Below are positions 37,715-50,234 of a stretch of 64,000 bases of DNA, piece after piece. The translations under genes and the position numbers were made by a program. The DNA comes from Alloascoidea hylecoeti. Its lineage: Eukaryota. A model generated the notes under the pieces. It saw only the letters and a program-made list of their open reading frames with translations. It ran no database searches and was not told the DNA's origin. The stretch is taken from assembly GCA_001600815.1 (NCBI GenBank), contig BCKZ01000010.1, positions 265,527 through 329,526 of the forward strand, given 5' to 3'. The stretch's first letter is position 1. Each line of letters begins with the position of its first letter.

Positions 37715-39622
37715 ATGATGATGGACCTCAACAACGAGATTTTGCTACACATTTTCAGTTTTCTCGATGTTGAGGATTTCCCGTCAATATGTCGTGTCTC
37801 TCGTAGATGGTACCGACTGGGTACAGATGACCACATATGGAGGGAAATTCATCGATCCTTATACACACCTGCAACACAAAATGACCAGGTATCAGATTGG
37901 ATAACCAAAGTTAAAATAAAGCATAATTGGAATAATCTAAAATATAGAACTTCAGTTATAAATTTTGATAATTATGATAATGCGAGTTCCATTATAACCT
38001 CGAATAAAAATTGGTGTGCTAAAACATCATTTGAAAATATGAACTTAAATTCGGATGATAAATATTGGTCAATATCATTATACAAACTTGTTTATTTAAA
38101 AGAATTGAGTAATGATAATGATTTTTCACCAAACTTGATTTTTCAATCAAAGATAAATTATAACTGTTTAAATTCAAATCCTAATGCTGAAAGTCATACA
38201 GTTGATATTTTTAAACATAGAATAACATCGATAAATTTATCATTTGATCATGAGCAATCCCCAAACATACTATTTATTAACTTTTCAATATCAAATAATT
38301 TAATTCAATTATCTTATAATATAAATGAAAAGAAATGCTCAAATAAAATATTTCATAATAAAATTAATGGTCACAGCATATTATCGATTTTTTCATCAAA
38401 AGAAAATGACTCAAATTCAATATACTGCTTAACAAATGATAATAAGATCAAAATATTTAAAAAATCATTATCAAATTTAAATTCAAATCCATGCGCTTTG
38501 TTAGAGGTTGCAAATATTAATTCATCATTTAAATATTCAAATGAACTTTTCAACTTTTCTCTAATTGATTCGTCATCATTTTTGAGTAATAATAGTACTG
38601 AACCTGCTTGTTTACTTTGTTTTATTTCAATTGTACCACTATTAAAAACTTGGTTTATAAACTTTGAATCTTTACGATTTGATAAAATTAATAAATCTAA
38701 TAATAAAATTGTTGGATTAACATCATGGAATAATAATTCAAGATATCGATTGCGATCTAAATTCAAAAGGCAAAAATTAAAGAGATCAAATAATTCAAAT
38801 AAAAAACAATTTTATACAATAAATGAAAATGAATCAGAATTAGAAGACAATTGGACTTATCCAATAAAATTATATTATAAAATGCCATTTTTATTAATAC
38901 AATTATCCAATAATGAAATTTTTTGTTATCATTTTACTGATTTTGAATCAGAATTCATTGATAATAATAATAATATGAAATTTATTAAATATCAATTACT
39001 TGGATTTACAACTAAAGTTTCTCATTTTTGTTTAAATGATAATAAAGTAATTGCAATTTCTAAAAATGGAAAAGAAATTAAATATTGGGATTTAAATGAA
39101 TTTAATTTTTTAAAAAATTATTCAAAATTTGAAATTATAAATCAATTTAAAAATTTTAAAAAAAAGAGAATAAATAATGATAATGATAATGAATGTGATA
39201 ATAATAATATATTTGCAATGATATGGGGTACTGAAATAACAACATGTTTAAACTTAAGTTTGAGCTCAAGACATATTATAAATGATATAAATTTGATTAA
39301 TTCTAATTATGAAGAAGAAGGACATCAACCTCAGCAAAAATATAGAAAAGATTTCAATAATGTAATTAAACTAGATGTGGGTGTTTCGGGGTATTACAAA
39401 AAGTATTTTCAAAATGTAAACGATATCGATACTAGTCATATTGATGGTGTTATTGATGATGATGGCAATGTAGCTGAATGCATATGGGCTTCTTTTGAAA
39501 TGGATCGTATTATTCTCAATATGTGCTCGGAATCAAATGCTAATAATGCTAATAATACTAATGGGACTTCAACAGATGGAAGAAGAAAGCAATATCTACA
39601 AATTTATGATTTCTCTTTATAA
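37715..39622 (+). CDS. F-box protein with divergent Asn-rich (possibly beta-propeller) C-terminus
   Basis: LNNEILLHIFSFLD..D...ICRVSRRWYRL..DD.IW F-box; first ATG at 37715. Confidence 0.88.
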   Translation: MMMDLNNEILLHIFSFLDVEDFPSICRVSRRWYRLGTDDHIWREIHRSLYTPATQNDQVSDWITKVKIKHNWNNLKYRTSVINFDNYDNASSIITSNKNWCAKTSFENMNLNSDDKYWSISLYKLVYLKELSNDNDFSPNLIFQSKINYNCLNSNPNAESHTVDIFKHRITSINLSFDHEQSPNILFINFSISNNLIQLSYNINEKKCSNKIFHNKINGHSILSIFSSKENDSNSIYCLTNDNKIKIFKKSLSNLNSNPCALLEVANINSSFKYSNELFNFSLIDSSSFLSNNSTEPACLLCFISIVPLLKTWFINFESLRFDKINKSNNKIVGLTSWNNNSRYRLRSKFKRQKLKRSNNSNKKQFYTINENESELEDNWTYPIKLYYKMPFLLIQLSNNEIFCYHFTDFESEFIDNNNNMKFIKYQLLGFTTKVSHFCLNDNKVIAISKNGKEIKYWDLNEFNFLKNYSKFEIINQFKNFKKKRINNDNDNECDNNNIFAMIWGTEITTCLNLSLSSRHIINDINLINSNYEEEGHQPQQKYRKDFNNVIKLDVGVSGYYKKYFQNVNDIDTSHIDGVIDDDGNVAECIWASFEMDRIILNMCSESNANNANNTNGTSTDGRRKQYLQIYDFSL

Positions 39623-40195
39623 AATAATACAATAATGTTATACCAATAGCACAGGTAATATTGTTATGATTTGACGTCTTAACTTTCACACTGACATAAT
39701 TTCAATTCTGATTATTATCAAGGGCTCTAATTCGAAAGAATTAAGAATATATAGATATAGAATGTTACAAATATAATGAATCTAGATTTTTCTATTAATG
39801 TTAGTATCTGAATGTATGTCTATGTATCTATCTTTAAATGCGACTTGAACGATGTTATTAATTAATGATATTGATAGCATATTGCAATTAACATCATATT
39901 ATGTTAACATTATGTTATATTACCATAGTATCAAAATTTATGATAAATGGTTAAATGCATTATAGTCAGGTTTCGTAACTTCCCCAGAATGTCAACAAAA
40001 CTATGCAATTTTTAGACCCCGTATATAAATATGCCACCAACAAGCAACAATGATTGAAGTAAGGTAAAAAAGGAAAAAATCAAGATAAAAATTAAATGAG
40101 AGGGACAACATAAAACAAAAAGAAAGAAATAAGAAACATAAATATTATCTATAATTAAAGTCTAAAAGAAACAATACTTGATCTTTTATTGATAA

Positions 40196-41836
40196 TCAGA
40201 ACCGTGTTTTAAACCGGGAAGCTTGTTGTGGATTTGAATTAGATGAATTAGATGAATTATTAAGTTCATTAATTTCATCTTCAAATGCTTCTTTAATATC
40301 TTTTACCACTGGTATAGCAACTTTTTCAATTACATCAGCAGCCCAGAGTACATCAAGATGTGAATATCCAGGAATTTTTGTAAGTGAAAAGTTTTTTGAT
40401 AAAATTGGTTCATGATTATAAATATGTTGTTCTAATCTTATACCGTCAACTAATTCATCGTTCAATGGTACATATAATGAGAATCTCGGTAGATCAGGAC
40501 GAGAATACCATTGTTCATGTCTTAATTGATTACTATCATCATTATTATTATTATTATTTTTATTATTATTATTATTATTATTATTGTTTGTATCATCATG
40601 AATTTTAAAATTTGGAAAAATACAACCATTTTTTGCAAAACCATTTCTACCCATCCACCAATTCATTGATTTTGAACTCATAAAAGTTGGACTAAATAAA
40701 AAATGACGATTCCTTAATCTTGGATCCCATAATTTATCATTCCAACCAAATAAATATCTAAACATTATAAAGCCAAAAAAACCATAAATTTTTTCAGGCA
40801 TTACACTAACTCTCATAAAATTCATTATTGGCATAAATGATAAATTACCAAAAAACCAATAATAAGAATTTTCAGATAAACTTTGAACAAATCTTATAAA
40901 ATTTTTATTTAATAATGGTCCTCCATAAACAGCAGGTGATAAAGAAATAAATAAATTAATTTTTGAATTAATATTTGATAATCCAAATCTATCAGATAAT
41001 AATAAAAACATTTGTGTTGTACCTTGAGAATGACCAATATAAGTCACTTTTTTAAAATTTGAATGATTTAAAACATGATTTATCATAGTTGGTAAATCAT
41101 TTAAAGCCATGTCAAACATATCCCAATTCCACATTCCAAAATCTTTAGTACTGTATCTTTCATGTTGTGGATTAAAACCGCATCTATTATTTCCGAGCCA
41201 AACATCAAACCCCTGTTGAAATAAATAATAAGCAATACTATTTTTGCCACTTGTGCAAAATGAAGCAGTGGATTGTAATAAGCCATGTAGTAAAATAACA
41301 GGCGGTTTGTAATTATTAACATTTACCATTTTCGTAGGATCAATTAATCTTTCCATAGTTAGAACAAAACCATCACTTGTTGTTATTTTATATTCAACTA
41401 ATTCCAAATCACATAGTCGAAAATAGTATTGCAAATCAGGTATTAACTTCCGCTCTGTTTGTGATAATGGAATATTAAATTTTGTTTTTATATCAGAGGA
41501 CAGATTTCCTGTATGTTTATCACTTGGGGTATTTTTACAGAATAACCAGTCAAAAATTGCAATAATCATTAGGACCGATAGAAATAAAAAAGAGCAAGTC
41601 ATTGCAAAAACCTTGCGGAACCAACTTTTTAAAATACTATCTTGTTGAGACTTTCTAAATTCATTAGTACTGTTATGCAAAGGAGATTTGGAGGAGCGAG
41701 AATCTGTGCTTAAGGTCGTATCCGTTCTCGGAGAAAAAGCGAAAGAATCTGGGGAGTTAAACCTATTCCCATCATCACTGTTGGAGGAGTTCCAACGGGA
41801 ATTTTGTATATTTGGTGATTCCGGGGAATTTGGCAT
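40196..41836 (-). CDS. Sterol ester hydrolase / acid-lipase family (Yeh1/Yeh2/Tgl1-like)
   Basis: N-terminal TM segment, TSDGFVL, LLHGLLQS, GFDVWLGNNR, GHSQG and YSHLDVLWA; contains a poly-Asn insert. Confidence 0.92.
   Translation of the reverse strand: MPNSPESPNIQNSRWNSSNSDDGNRFNSPDSFAFSPRTDTTLSTDSRSSKSPLHNSTNEFRKSQQDSILKSWFRKVFAMTCSFLFLSVLMIIAIFDWLFCKNTPSDKHTGNLSSDIKTKFNIPLSQTERKLIPDLQYYFRLCDLELVEYKITTSDGFVLTMERLIDPTKMVNVNNYKPPVILLHGLLQSTASFCTSGKNSIAYYLFQQGFDVWLGNNRCGFNPQHERYSTKDFGMWNWDMFDMALNDLPTMINHVLNHSNFKKVTYIGHSQGTTQMFLLLSDRFGLSNINSKINLFISLSPAVYGGPLLNKNFIRFVQSLSENSYYWFFGNLSFMPIMNFMRVSVMPEKIYGFFGFIMFRYLFGWNDKLWDPRLRNRHFLFSPTFMSSKSMNWWMGRNGFAKNGCIFPNFKIHDDTNNNNNNNNNKNNNNNNDDSNQLRHEQWYSRPDLPRFSLYVPLNDELVDGIRLEQHIYNHEPILSKNFSLTKIPGYSHLDVLWAADVIEKVAIPVVKDIKEAFEDEINELNNSSNSSNSNPQQASRFKTRF
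40540..40586 (-). repeat. (AAT)n microsatellite encoding poly-Asn
   Basis: attattatta... run inside the esterase ORF. Confidence 0.9.
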
Positions 41837-42394
41837 TCTTGAGGATTGTTTGTTGACAAAATGGATTTAAAGGTTTTAACAATGGAGGTTAGCATGGTCG
41901 GGTAAACACGTCACTTGTGAAATGGATTAGATAAGCAAAAGAGACGTTAGCATATGAAAATTATGAACTTAACAATTTATATTTAACTATAGACTTTTAT
42001 ACCCATTTAAATACATTAATATTTATTTAATCCATTTAAAACAGAAATGTAAGTTCCAACTTCAACACAAAAAAAAGAAGAATTGACCTATTCTTCCAAA
42101 ACTGAGTACCGCATCAATCTCAGCGTCAAAATGTTGATACTATATCGACCTATAGAATTAGATAACATTTTATGTGGATGCACAAATGTTCTTTTAAATT
42201 CAGATATATCATCATCAATTTCAAAGAGATAGAGTTTAAAGTTGTGTGATTCATAAAATAAGAAATAAATAAATTTATTTTGTCCTTCCCCTTGTCATTT
42301 TGTAAACGAATGTATAATGAAAATGAAAAATAATGTTGAGAGCGATGTGTTGATAATATTATGATAGTTAGTAGTATTTTAGCTATAAAATCAA

Positions 42395-44377
42395 TTAATT
42401 AGTAATAGATGTTAAAAGGTTTGGTATATTTTCAAACATATTCATTAATGCTGACCAATGACCAATAATACCACCAAGTACAAAAACATGCCAAATATTA
42501 TGAGAAGAAAGTATAAAATCAACCCAAGATAAATATTTAAATGATTTCCAAATTGAATTTTGTGATTTATGAATAAAAATTGATGAAATTGAATCTTGTT
42601 CTTGATTATTTATTGATTCTTCATTTTGATCATTTTTATTAATTTCAACTTCATTAATTAATTCATGATGAATATGATGATGATGATTATGTTTTGGATT
42701 AAAATTATTAATATAAATTTCATCATAATCATTTCTAAAACATTCAGGAATTAAAAAACCATAAAAGAAAACACCTGTTAAATAACAAGCAAAACTTTTC
42801 CATAATGGGAAATAAAACCAAAATGATTTTGATAAACCATAATGATTTACAGCACTACCAAATGCTGCAATACCAGAAACAGCTAATGAAATAAAAAATA
42901 AAATTCTAAAATGTCTATTTTCTGGTTTATCAAAATATGAAGACCAATTGAAAAATAAACCTAACATACCACAAAATGAACTAAAAATAGTATAACAATT
43001 TCTTTCAAATGGGTAATAATATAATGATGTCCATTCTGTTGTTATTATACTTGCAGTTATTAAAAAAGTTATACCAGTATAATCAACACAAGCACATTGA
43101 CCACGTAATTTATAATTTGAAATATTACTAAAAGTATGCCATAAAACAGAGCATGATAAACAAATAAAAGCAGCAAATAAAAAATAAAAAATTATAAATT
43201 TATCATTTTTTTGAAATTCCCAATTTATTTTAAAAAATAAATTTTTTTCAATTTTTGGAAATTTTAAGAAACAAATATAAAAAATCCAAAATATACCAAA
43301 TAAATGAGTCCAAATATTAATTGATTCATTATGTAAATTAAAAATACTTTTAAAACAATTTAAAGATTTATTTTGAAATCTATAACCTCTTAAAATAAAT
43401 TTATTTTCTCTCCATGGTATTGGTAATTCATGATATTGTAATAATCTTTTTTCATTTAATTTAAGAGCATTTATTATATTAATTTCTAAACTTTTAATAC
43501 CTTGTAAATGTTCATTTATTGGTAAACCAGATTGATTTAAATTTAATTCATAATGATGATTATGAGATAATAAATTTTCTAAACTTGTTGTTTTTTCATC
43601 AATTAATTTTAAAGCAGTTGATAATTTATTACTTAATTCATATTCTAAATTTGATGAAGTTGTTTTGATATTACCATAATTTAATTCTAATATTGAAATT
43701 AAAATTTCAGCAGTTATTTTACCTCTTTCTAAAACAGAAGAAGAGGAATGATTTTTATTATTTGAAGTATTTGAAGATGATGAAGAAACTAAAACTTTAC
43801 ATTTCTGTTGAATAGATATTAGGATCTCATAAGTTGATTGAAATTTTTTAGCATTATCAGAACCAACAAGACTAGATGCATAATTATATACCGCTGTAGC
43901 GGGATTAAAAGTTAATGAAGGTACTGATACTGAATAGGAAGTTGATGGATTATTATTATTATTTGAAGAAGTTGAAGATGTCACTTTTTTATCTTCAGTA
44001 GTTGAAAAAAAGAATTGTTCAAAAGTATCTAATCTTTTCTCTAAGTTTGCTAAAAAAATATCTAATTTATTTAAAAGAGTCTCTTCAACAGTTGATTTAT
44101 TTATCAAAATATGATCATTATTACCCAAAATTGTCCCGATACTTAGGTCTTCATAATCATCTATCGAATTAAGTCTTTCTAGTTCAGACTCACTTTGTCT
44201 GTTTTTTTCATTTATGGTTGAATGCGAGGATGAGGCTGATAACGTTGACCCCGGGAGAGATGGTGGATTCCGTTGGCGCAAGGTCTGATGATCGGCACTT
44301 CCGGAGGCGGAAACCGAGGCTGAAGAAGTACCAACAGAAACAGAGGTAGTAGCTGAGTTGATATCGATCTCCAACAT
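42395..44377 (-). CDS. IZH3: PAQR / haemolysin-III family membrane protein, Izh3-type
   Basis: LP.PWRENKFILRGYRF, HNESINIWTHL, SVLWHTF, DYTGIT and SHNIWHVFV motifs, plus the long N-terminal domain typical of Izh3. Confidence 0.9.
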   Translation of the reverse strand: MLEIDINSATTSVSVGTSSASVSASGSADHQTLRQRNPPSLPGSTLSASSSHSTINEKNRQSESELERLNSIDDYEDLSIGTILGNNDHILINKSTVEETLLNKLDIFLANLEKRLDTFEQFFFSTTEDKKVTSSTSSNNNNNPSTSYSVSVPSLTFNPATAVYNYASSLVGSDNAKKFQSTYEILISIQQKCKVLVSSSSSNTSNNKNHSSSSVLERGKITAEILISILELNYGNIKTTSSNLEYELSNKLSTALKLIDEKTTSLENLLSHNHHYELNLNQSGLPINEHLQGIKSLEINIINALKLNEKRLLQYHELPIPWRENKFILRGYRFQNKSLNCFKSIFNLHNESINIWTHLFGIFWIFYICFLKFPKIEKNLFFKINWEFQKNDKFIIFYFLFAAFICLSCSVLWHTFSNISNYKLRGQCACVDYTGITFLITASIITTEWTSLYYYPFERNCYTIFSSFCGMLGLFFNWSSYFDKPENRHFRILFFISLAVSGIAAFGSAVNHYGLSKSFWFYFPLWKSFACYLTGVFFYGFLIPECFRNDYDEIYINNFNPKHNHHHHIHHELINEVEINKNDQNEESINNQEQDSISSIFIHKSQNSIWKSFKYLSWVDFILSSHNIWHVFVLGGIIGHWSALMNMFENIPNLLTSITN

Positions 44378-45404
44378 TTCGAAAACGATATCGATGAAAT
44401 TCCAAGGAAGGAAGGTGGGTTTTAATATTTATTAAAAGTGGGAACCACAGAGATAAACAAAGCCGTTAAATATCACACAATTTTTGGAGGCAGTTGAGTC
44501 GGTTCAACTCCGATGGAACCTTGAAAATTTCGGAAGATCGTTAGGATATCCAATCAGGTACTTTTGTTTTCTTTTGCACACTCTCACCACCCTTTTGAAT
44601 TTCTGAGGGTTCCTTCGAGGGTTCCTTTTAGGATTTCTTGGAATAATTGGGAATTGGATTTGAAAGACTGACTTGAAACTGAGAAGTACGCTGTTTGATT
44701 CGGCTCTTTTATAATATCCAACGCCCGGAATGAAGTCGGGTAATCTCCACCACAAAAGTTAATTTGGATTGGCAAAATGTCAACACAGAATGGTATAATG
44801 AAAATGGAAATACAATTAACGGCTATCAGCAATGTCGGAAGGATCGAAACCACTGAATCAATCACCTAACCGAAATTGAAGAGCTCGCCCGAATCTCTGA
44901 CACCATGACTCTTTGTGCAACTGAGCTTTCTTGCAATTGGTCTTTTATTTGTGACTATATTTCAGGAGGTTTTGATTGCTTTGTCCCGGGCTGGATAGAG
45001 GTCTCCACCATCGCAACATTGATAATTTGATAGGAATTGTGTGTGAGTTTTCATGACATATGTGATCATATTATAATTAGTTTTACTCATTTCTTCTACT
45101 CCAATATTATAATTTATAGAAGAATATGTATTAAACCCGGGTACATACTACATAGCGTAGTAATCACCTTATGATTCTTCCAAAGATCTTATATACACGT
45201 GGTCATTAATGTTTGGCATATAAAGTAAGAGAATTCCCTCTTTTTTGTCTTCTCGCTGTAACTAGCTCTATACATAACGTCAATTTTCAGTTATTAGTGA
45301 AAATGTTGATATTACTGTTAATATTACAAGTCCAGGGATATCGTCTAAGGTATGCAACAGTTTGATTATAGTGTTAACATCCCTACAATTATATCACTGT
45401 TATA

Positions 45405-45497
45405 ATTACATGATGAAATCTTTACATTTCGAGGTTATGATATGATTAGAATCAATGGATTTTAAAACTCAGCAATTTCTTCACTTTTCTGAAACAT
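45405..45497 (+). ncRNA. Candidate box C/D snoRNA
   Basis: C box ATGATGA 45410-45416, D box CTGA 45489-45492, and AATTTCTTCACTTT (45474-45487), complementary to the conserved 25S rRNA segment AAAGUGAAGAAAUU (recalled sequence). Confidence 0.4.
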
Positions 45498-45985
45498 TAA
45501 TTAATTGTGGATGTTAATTTCTTATTAATTTGCAATTGATTTAACATGTGAAATACTAATCAATCAGTCATTTTTATAGTACTGAGAGTGAAAATGAAAG
45601 GTAAGCAAAGTTCAATAGTAATAAATTCAATTCAATTCAATTAAGGTACCAACTATGGTAATAATATTATAAAAAATATAGTATATTAATTAGTAATTAA
45701 CAAAATAAGAATATGATAGAAATATAATAAAAAATAACATAAATATATAAAAAAAGTTTCACTGGAGAGAAAATTTAGCTAGCCTAACTAATCTTGTCCT
45801 ACATATATAATAATAATAACAGTAAAGATAAAAAAAGAAGATAAATATAATTTTTCCTGTACAAGTTAAGTTGGTTTCTATTTTTAACCCTTTTTTTGTT
45901 TTTGTTTTATTTTGCTCTTACCATACCCCACTAATATCTTATTATTGTTTCATATATTCCATTGAATATATAAATTTGAATAAGT

Positions 45986-46723
45986 TTAAACTTGGTCTTC
46001 AGCGAAGGCAATTTCAATAGGTTTGTCTAATAAAGAAGCGTGACCTAGGACTGTAACGGCACTGGCACCAACTAGCCACATAACGGTACTAATAGGACTA
46101 GCAAATATTCCCAAAGGAATAACAATAATTAATAAACCAGTATACAGTTGATTTGTTGTAAGAGTGGTAAACCTTAAATTTAAATCGGCACCGTCAAGTC
46201 TTGAGATACCAATAGCACCACCAATACCAAGTACTAGGACAAACAATAAAATCGGGTTTGTGATTAAGGCGTAAAGCGATAACATCAGAACTATTATGAG
46301 ATAGTTTGCTGAAAAATAAGAAACATTATAAACGACTCTTGATTGTAATTCACCGAAGTTCTGGGGCTTTGAAATACGTTTGAAATCCAAAAAGTCAGAA
46401 ATTGGACGAGCGTTGCTAAACCTTGATTGAATAGAACCACCCATGGACTATGTATTGGAAAAAATGTTAATATGAGAGTTGAAATGTTTGGATGGATAAT
46501 AGATTTGTAAAAAGAACTCACACGAACGTTTTCGACGTTTAATCGGTCGGCCCATTGTGATGCCTTAAAATAGACACAAATGATGTTAGAGACAAAAGAA
46601 GAGAATACCTCATCGAAAACAGCACATGACATAGGAATCGGTTGTATATAGAGCATGAGAAGCTGGCTCAAGCATAAAAGGACATACCTGGAAGGTGGCA
46701 AACTGAGAAGTTACACTGTTCAT
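45986..46723 (-). CDS. YIP3: PRA1-family prenylated Rab acceptor; introns 46564-46687, 46448-46521
   Basis: RPISDFLDFKRISKP, RVVYNVSYFSANY and GHASLLDKPIE..F motifs; two short upstream exons (MNSVTSQFATFQ, ASQWADRLNVENVR) splice in frame. Confidence 0.92.
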
Positions 46724-46843
46724 TTTGTTATACTGTAAGAAATGACAATGAAGATTGAAGTAAAAGAAGAAGAAAACACGAATCTATAAGGTCACGTGAA
46801 CTGCACGTGTAGTTTATTAATAGCTGACTCAGCTAAGTCATAC

Positions 46844-49800
46844 TTATAAGTCTAACAGGCCTATTGCCTGAGCAAACGACGTTAAAACCCTTTGCATCTC
46901 TCGGTTTTTGGCCGTTGCAAGTATAACCTCTTTTAATAACTCCCGTTTTGGTATTCCACAAATCTTATTGTCCCATTTTTCATCGCTTTTGCTCAAAATA
47001 ACCGTAGGCCCCATTAATTGAATACATAGTTCCTGCAACCTTTCCTTCATGCCTTCATCAGCGATCCGTCTTGAATACATTATTAGCGTCTGTTTTAACT
47101 CTTCAGGGTCCCCAAGTATAATAGATGCAGAAAAACGATTCTCTAAATGTGCAATTGAAACAATATTTTCAAACCCTTCAAAACCTTCCCTCATAAGCAT
47201 CGATTTAGCCATCGTTTGAAACATCCTCGATCGCCCCTTTCGAACAAATTCATCATTGGTTTTCTTTTCTACCATACCAATTATACCCTCCGAGGATGTT
47301 TTACTATCAACATTATTAGAGTTCGTTACACTATTACCATTCCAGTAATGAGATCCAAAAATCCACCATGAATCAGTGATTCTTTGCCATGTTTGCATAC
47401 TCGAATTATAAATATATCCATTCCCATTGGATAGTGTAATGACGATAATCCCGTTATTGTTTATTGAACATTGTAAAATATTACTACCTCTTATAATACC
47501 ATCATCTCCATATTTAACACTCGAATCTAATATTGGTAATATTGAAACTGGAGTATGTAATGCTTTCTTTTCTATCATATTCCAAGAGTGAACCATTCCT
47601 GTATTCGTAATTGCCAAAAGATATGGTCCTTGACTTTCCAAAAATGATAATGAACTACCGAGTACCATTGGTGGGAGTAATCGACGCCCGTTAAAGCTAT
47701 ACGTTTGGACAACTCCATCTTCTGTGCATATGCTCCAGAAACTATAGCCTCCTGTTGCAAGTAAGATATGTCTTGGTACAAAATCAGTAAATACTGGCTT
47801 TCCCTTTTTACTGGCAGTTATTCGTGACGGAACTTGTTCATTACCACTTCCATTTTTAACTTCCAGTATAATATCTGTATTACCATTATTATTTGTTGAT
47901 GACGTACTACCATTAATTGAAAATAATGATCGAACTTTTGGAGTTGAAAGTCGTACTTGGGATATAACATTAACAGGGTTAATAACAGCATTCTTAATAT
48001 ATTCAACTACTTCCTCTTTCTCTTGAGGTCTTCGTTTAATTGATCCATTGGTTGTATTATTGTTTTCATCTCCTTGTTCTTGTAAGACTTCTTTCCGTTT
48101 CATACCTAATGATATTGGTGTAGTGGAATCTGATGGTATTAAATGAGATGGTTTACTAAATTCTAAATTCGCTATTTTGGAGATTTTATTATTATTATTT
48201 ATATTATTGTTATTTGTATTATTGCTTAATTTTGAATTGTTTAATGATAATGTTGTACCATTTTTGCTTGATACTAACATTGGCGTTATTCTTTTTTTGC
48301 CGTTTTTTGTTATTATTTTTGTATTATATTGTACGATATCATTGTTTGTATCTGTAGTTTCGTTTTCAATTTTATTGGAGTTAATACTTAAATTAGTATT
48401 AGGTTTTGTATTTGGAGTTGAATTTGGTTTTGGTTTTGGTTTTGTGTTTGAACTCGAATTCAAACCGGTATCTAAAGCGACATCTGAAGTTGGAACTTTA
48501 TCAGAATGAACCATCTCAATATCACCATCATCATCAAGAATTATAACTTCATTTTTTGGACTTGGCATTGAGAATAATTTATCCCAACAATTTGGATTAG
48601 CATCAAATTTTGATAAATTATTATTAACAAGTGATATTTTACCAGGTATACCTAATTCTCCAATTTCAAAAATAATTATATTAATTGATCCATCAAGTGA
48701 TGTACAATATAAAATATTACCTTCAGTTGTCCATGATATATCTGTTATTGTTTTTGAACAAATATCTCTTGTGACAACTAATGGTCTTGGATTTAATGTA
48801 CTCCAAATCGCTAATGATCTATCTTCACCGGCGGTTGCAATCACTGTAAAATAATTTTCACTCTCTTCATCAGGATCAGTTAAAAACACTCTCGGAGCAA
48901 ACTTTGCGACCTCACAAGGTTTGTCATGACCTAATAAACTAATATCACTTTCACCAGTTTTTCTTTCCACAATTGAAACCGCTGGTAATCTCCCATTTAT
49001 TGAACCAGATACGGCAATATGAGAACCATCAGGCGACCAACTACATCTTCTTGATCTTGTCGTTAATGCACTACCATTATATATTTTTGTATTTGTATGA
49101 TAAACTTTTGTTTTAATTTCATATTTTGAAACCCATGAATAAGAAATAATTTGAAATGTGCCATCATCTGACCCCGTTGCAAAATATTGATTGCCAGGAT
49201 CAAATACAGCTCCTTTAACTGGAGCAGTATGATTAGTTAATTCAGATAAAGGTTTATTTGGGTAATGGACACAATCCCATAAAAATACGTCATTTGCTGT
49301 CCCAACTGATAATAATATTCGAGAGTCCGGCGACCAAGCAAGATCTGTGATTGCTATTAAAAGAAAACATGTTAGCAAGTTAAAAAAAAACTTCATAAAG
49401 TCAAGATCTAGTATTGATAATTGATAAATCATTAAAATTAATACCTTTTTTGTGACTTTTAAAAACATGTCTTAAGACCCAATTTTTCCCTCTATTTTTA
49501 ATATCTTTTGAATTCTCTCTACTACTACTTTTTTTTCGTTTTGATTTAATAACATCATTTTGTTGTAAAACCCATATATTTAGGGTACCATCGATACATC
49601 CAACCGCTAAGGTATTTCCCTGTGGAGAAAATCTTACAATATTTACAGAACAACCCTGTGGAATTGTGTCTTGAATTGTTAAAATCTGATTCATATTGAT
49701 TTCTTCTAATGATGTTGATTTTGTTGAAATTAATGAGTTTAGGACTTGTTGTAGTGGGGTTGTGGAGAAGATTCTGACATTTCCATCTATCATGAATTTT

Positions 49801-50033
49801 GATGTTAATAATAAGTGGTGAAAAGAGTTGAAGAAATAAAATAGCAATAATTATATACCTTTCCCCCCTGTTGTTATATAACCACCATTTTCAGAAGCAT
49901 CTATTGAATATAAATCGACATTCCCAATGGGATTATCTGTTTGAGATGTTAGTAAAGGTTATATTAAAAAAAAAAATACTTAGTACACGACCATACCAGA
50001 TATAACACTCGAGGTGAGTTTTAATAAATGCAT
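46844..50033 (-). CDS. HIR1: HIRA-family histone chaperone (Hir1-like); introns 49937-49996, 49787-49858, 49354-49444
   Basis: WD40 repeats (TTGGKDGNVRIFS, VRFSPQG, DLAWSPDS, SWSPDG), B-motif TKNGKKRITP and C-terminal Hira domain (GRRLLPPMVLG, SIAHLENR). Hir1 versus Hir2 is not certain. Confidence 0.88.
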
Positions 50034-50234
50034 ATTTTGAACAAAATCCCAAATACAAACAAAGAAAAAAGAAATTTAAATTGAAACAAAATATAAAAAG
50101 TGAGGTTATAACATTTTTTTGTTTTTGATAGTGGGAGTGTAAGGATGTTTTGAATTTCCATTACTTTTCGCTTGCAAATTAACGATTATCACACTTTTTT
50201 TGTATTTATTCAAAGAGGTATTTGTAGATTTAAA

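Noticed and set aside
37567..37836. Apparent antisense overlap of RAP1 (track start 37836) and the F-box ORF (track start 37670)
   Set aside because: The extensions are the antisense or leader of the partner gene; the likely starts at 37566 and 37715 do not overlap.
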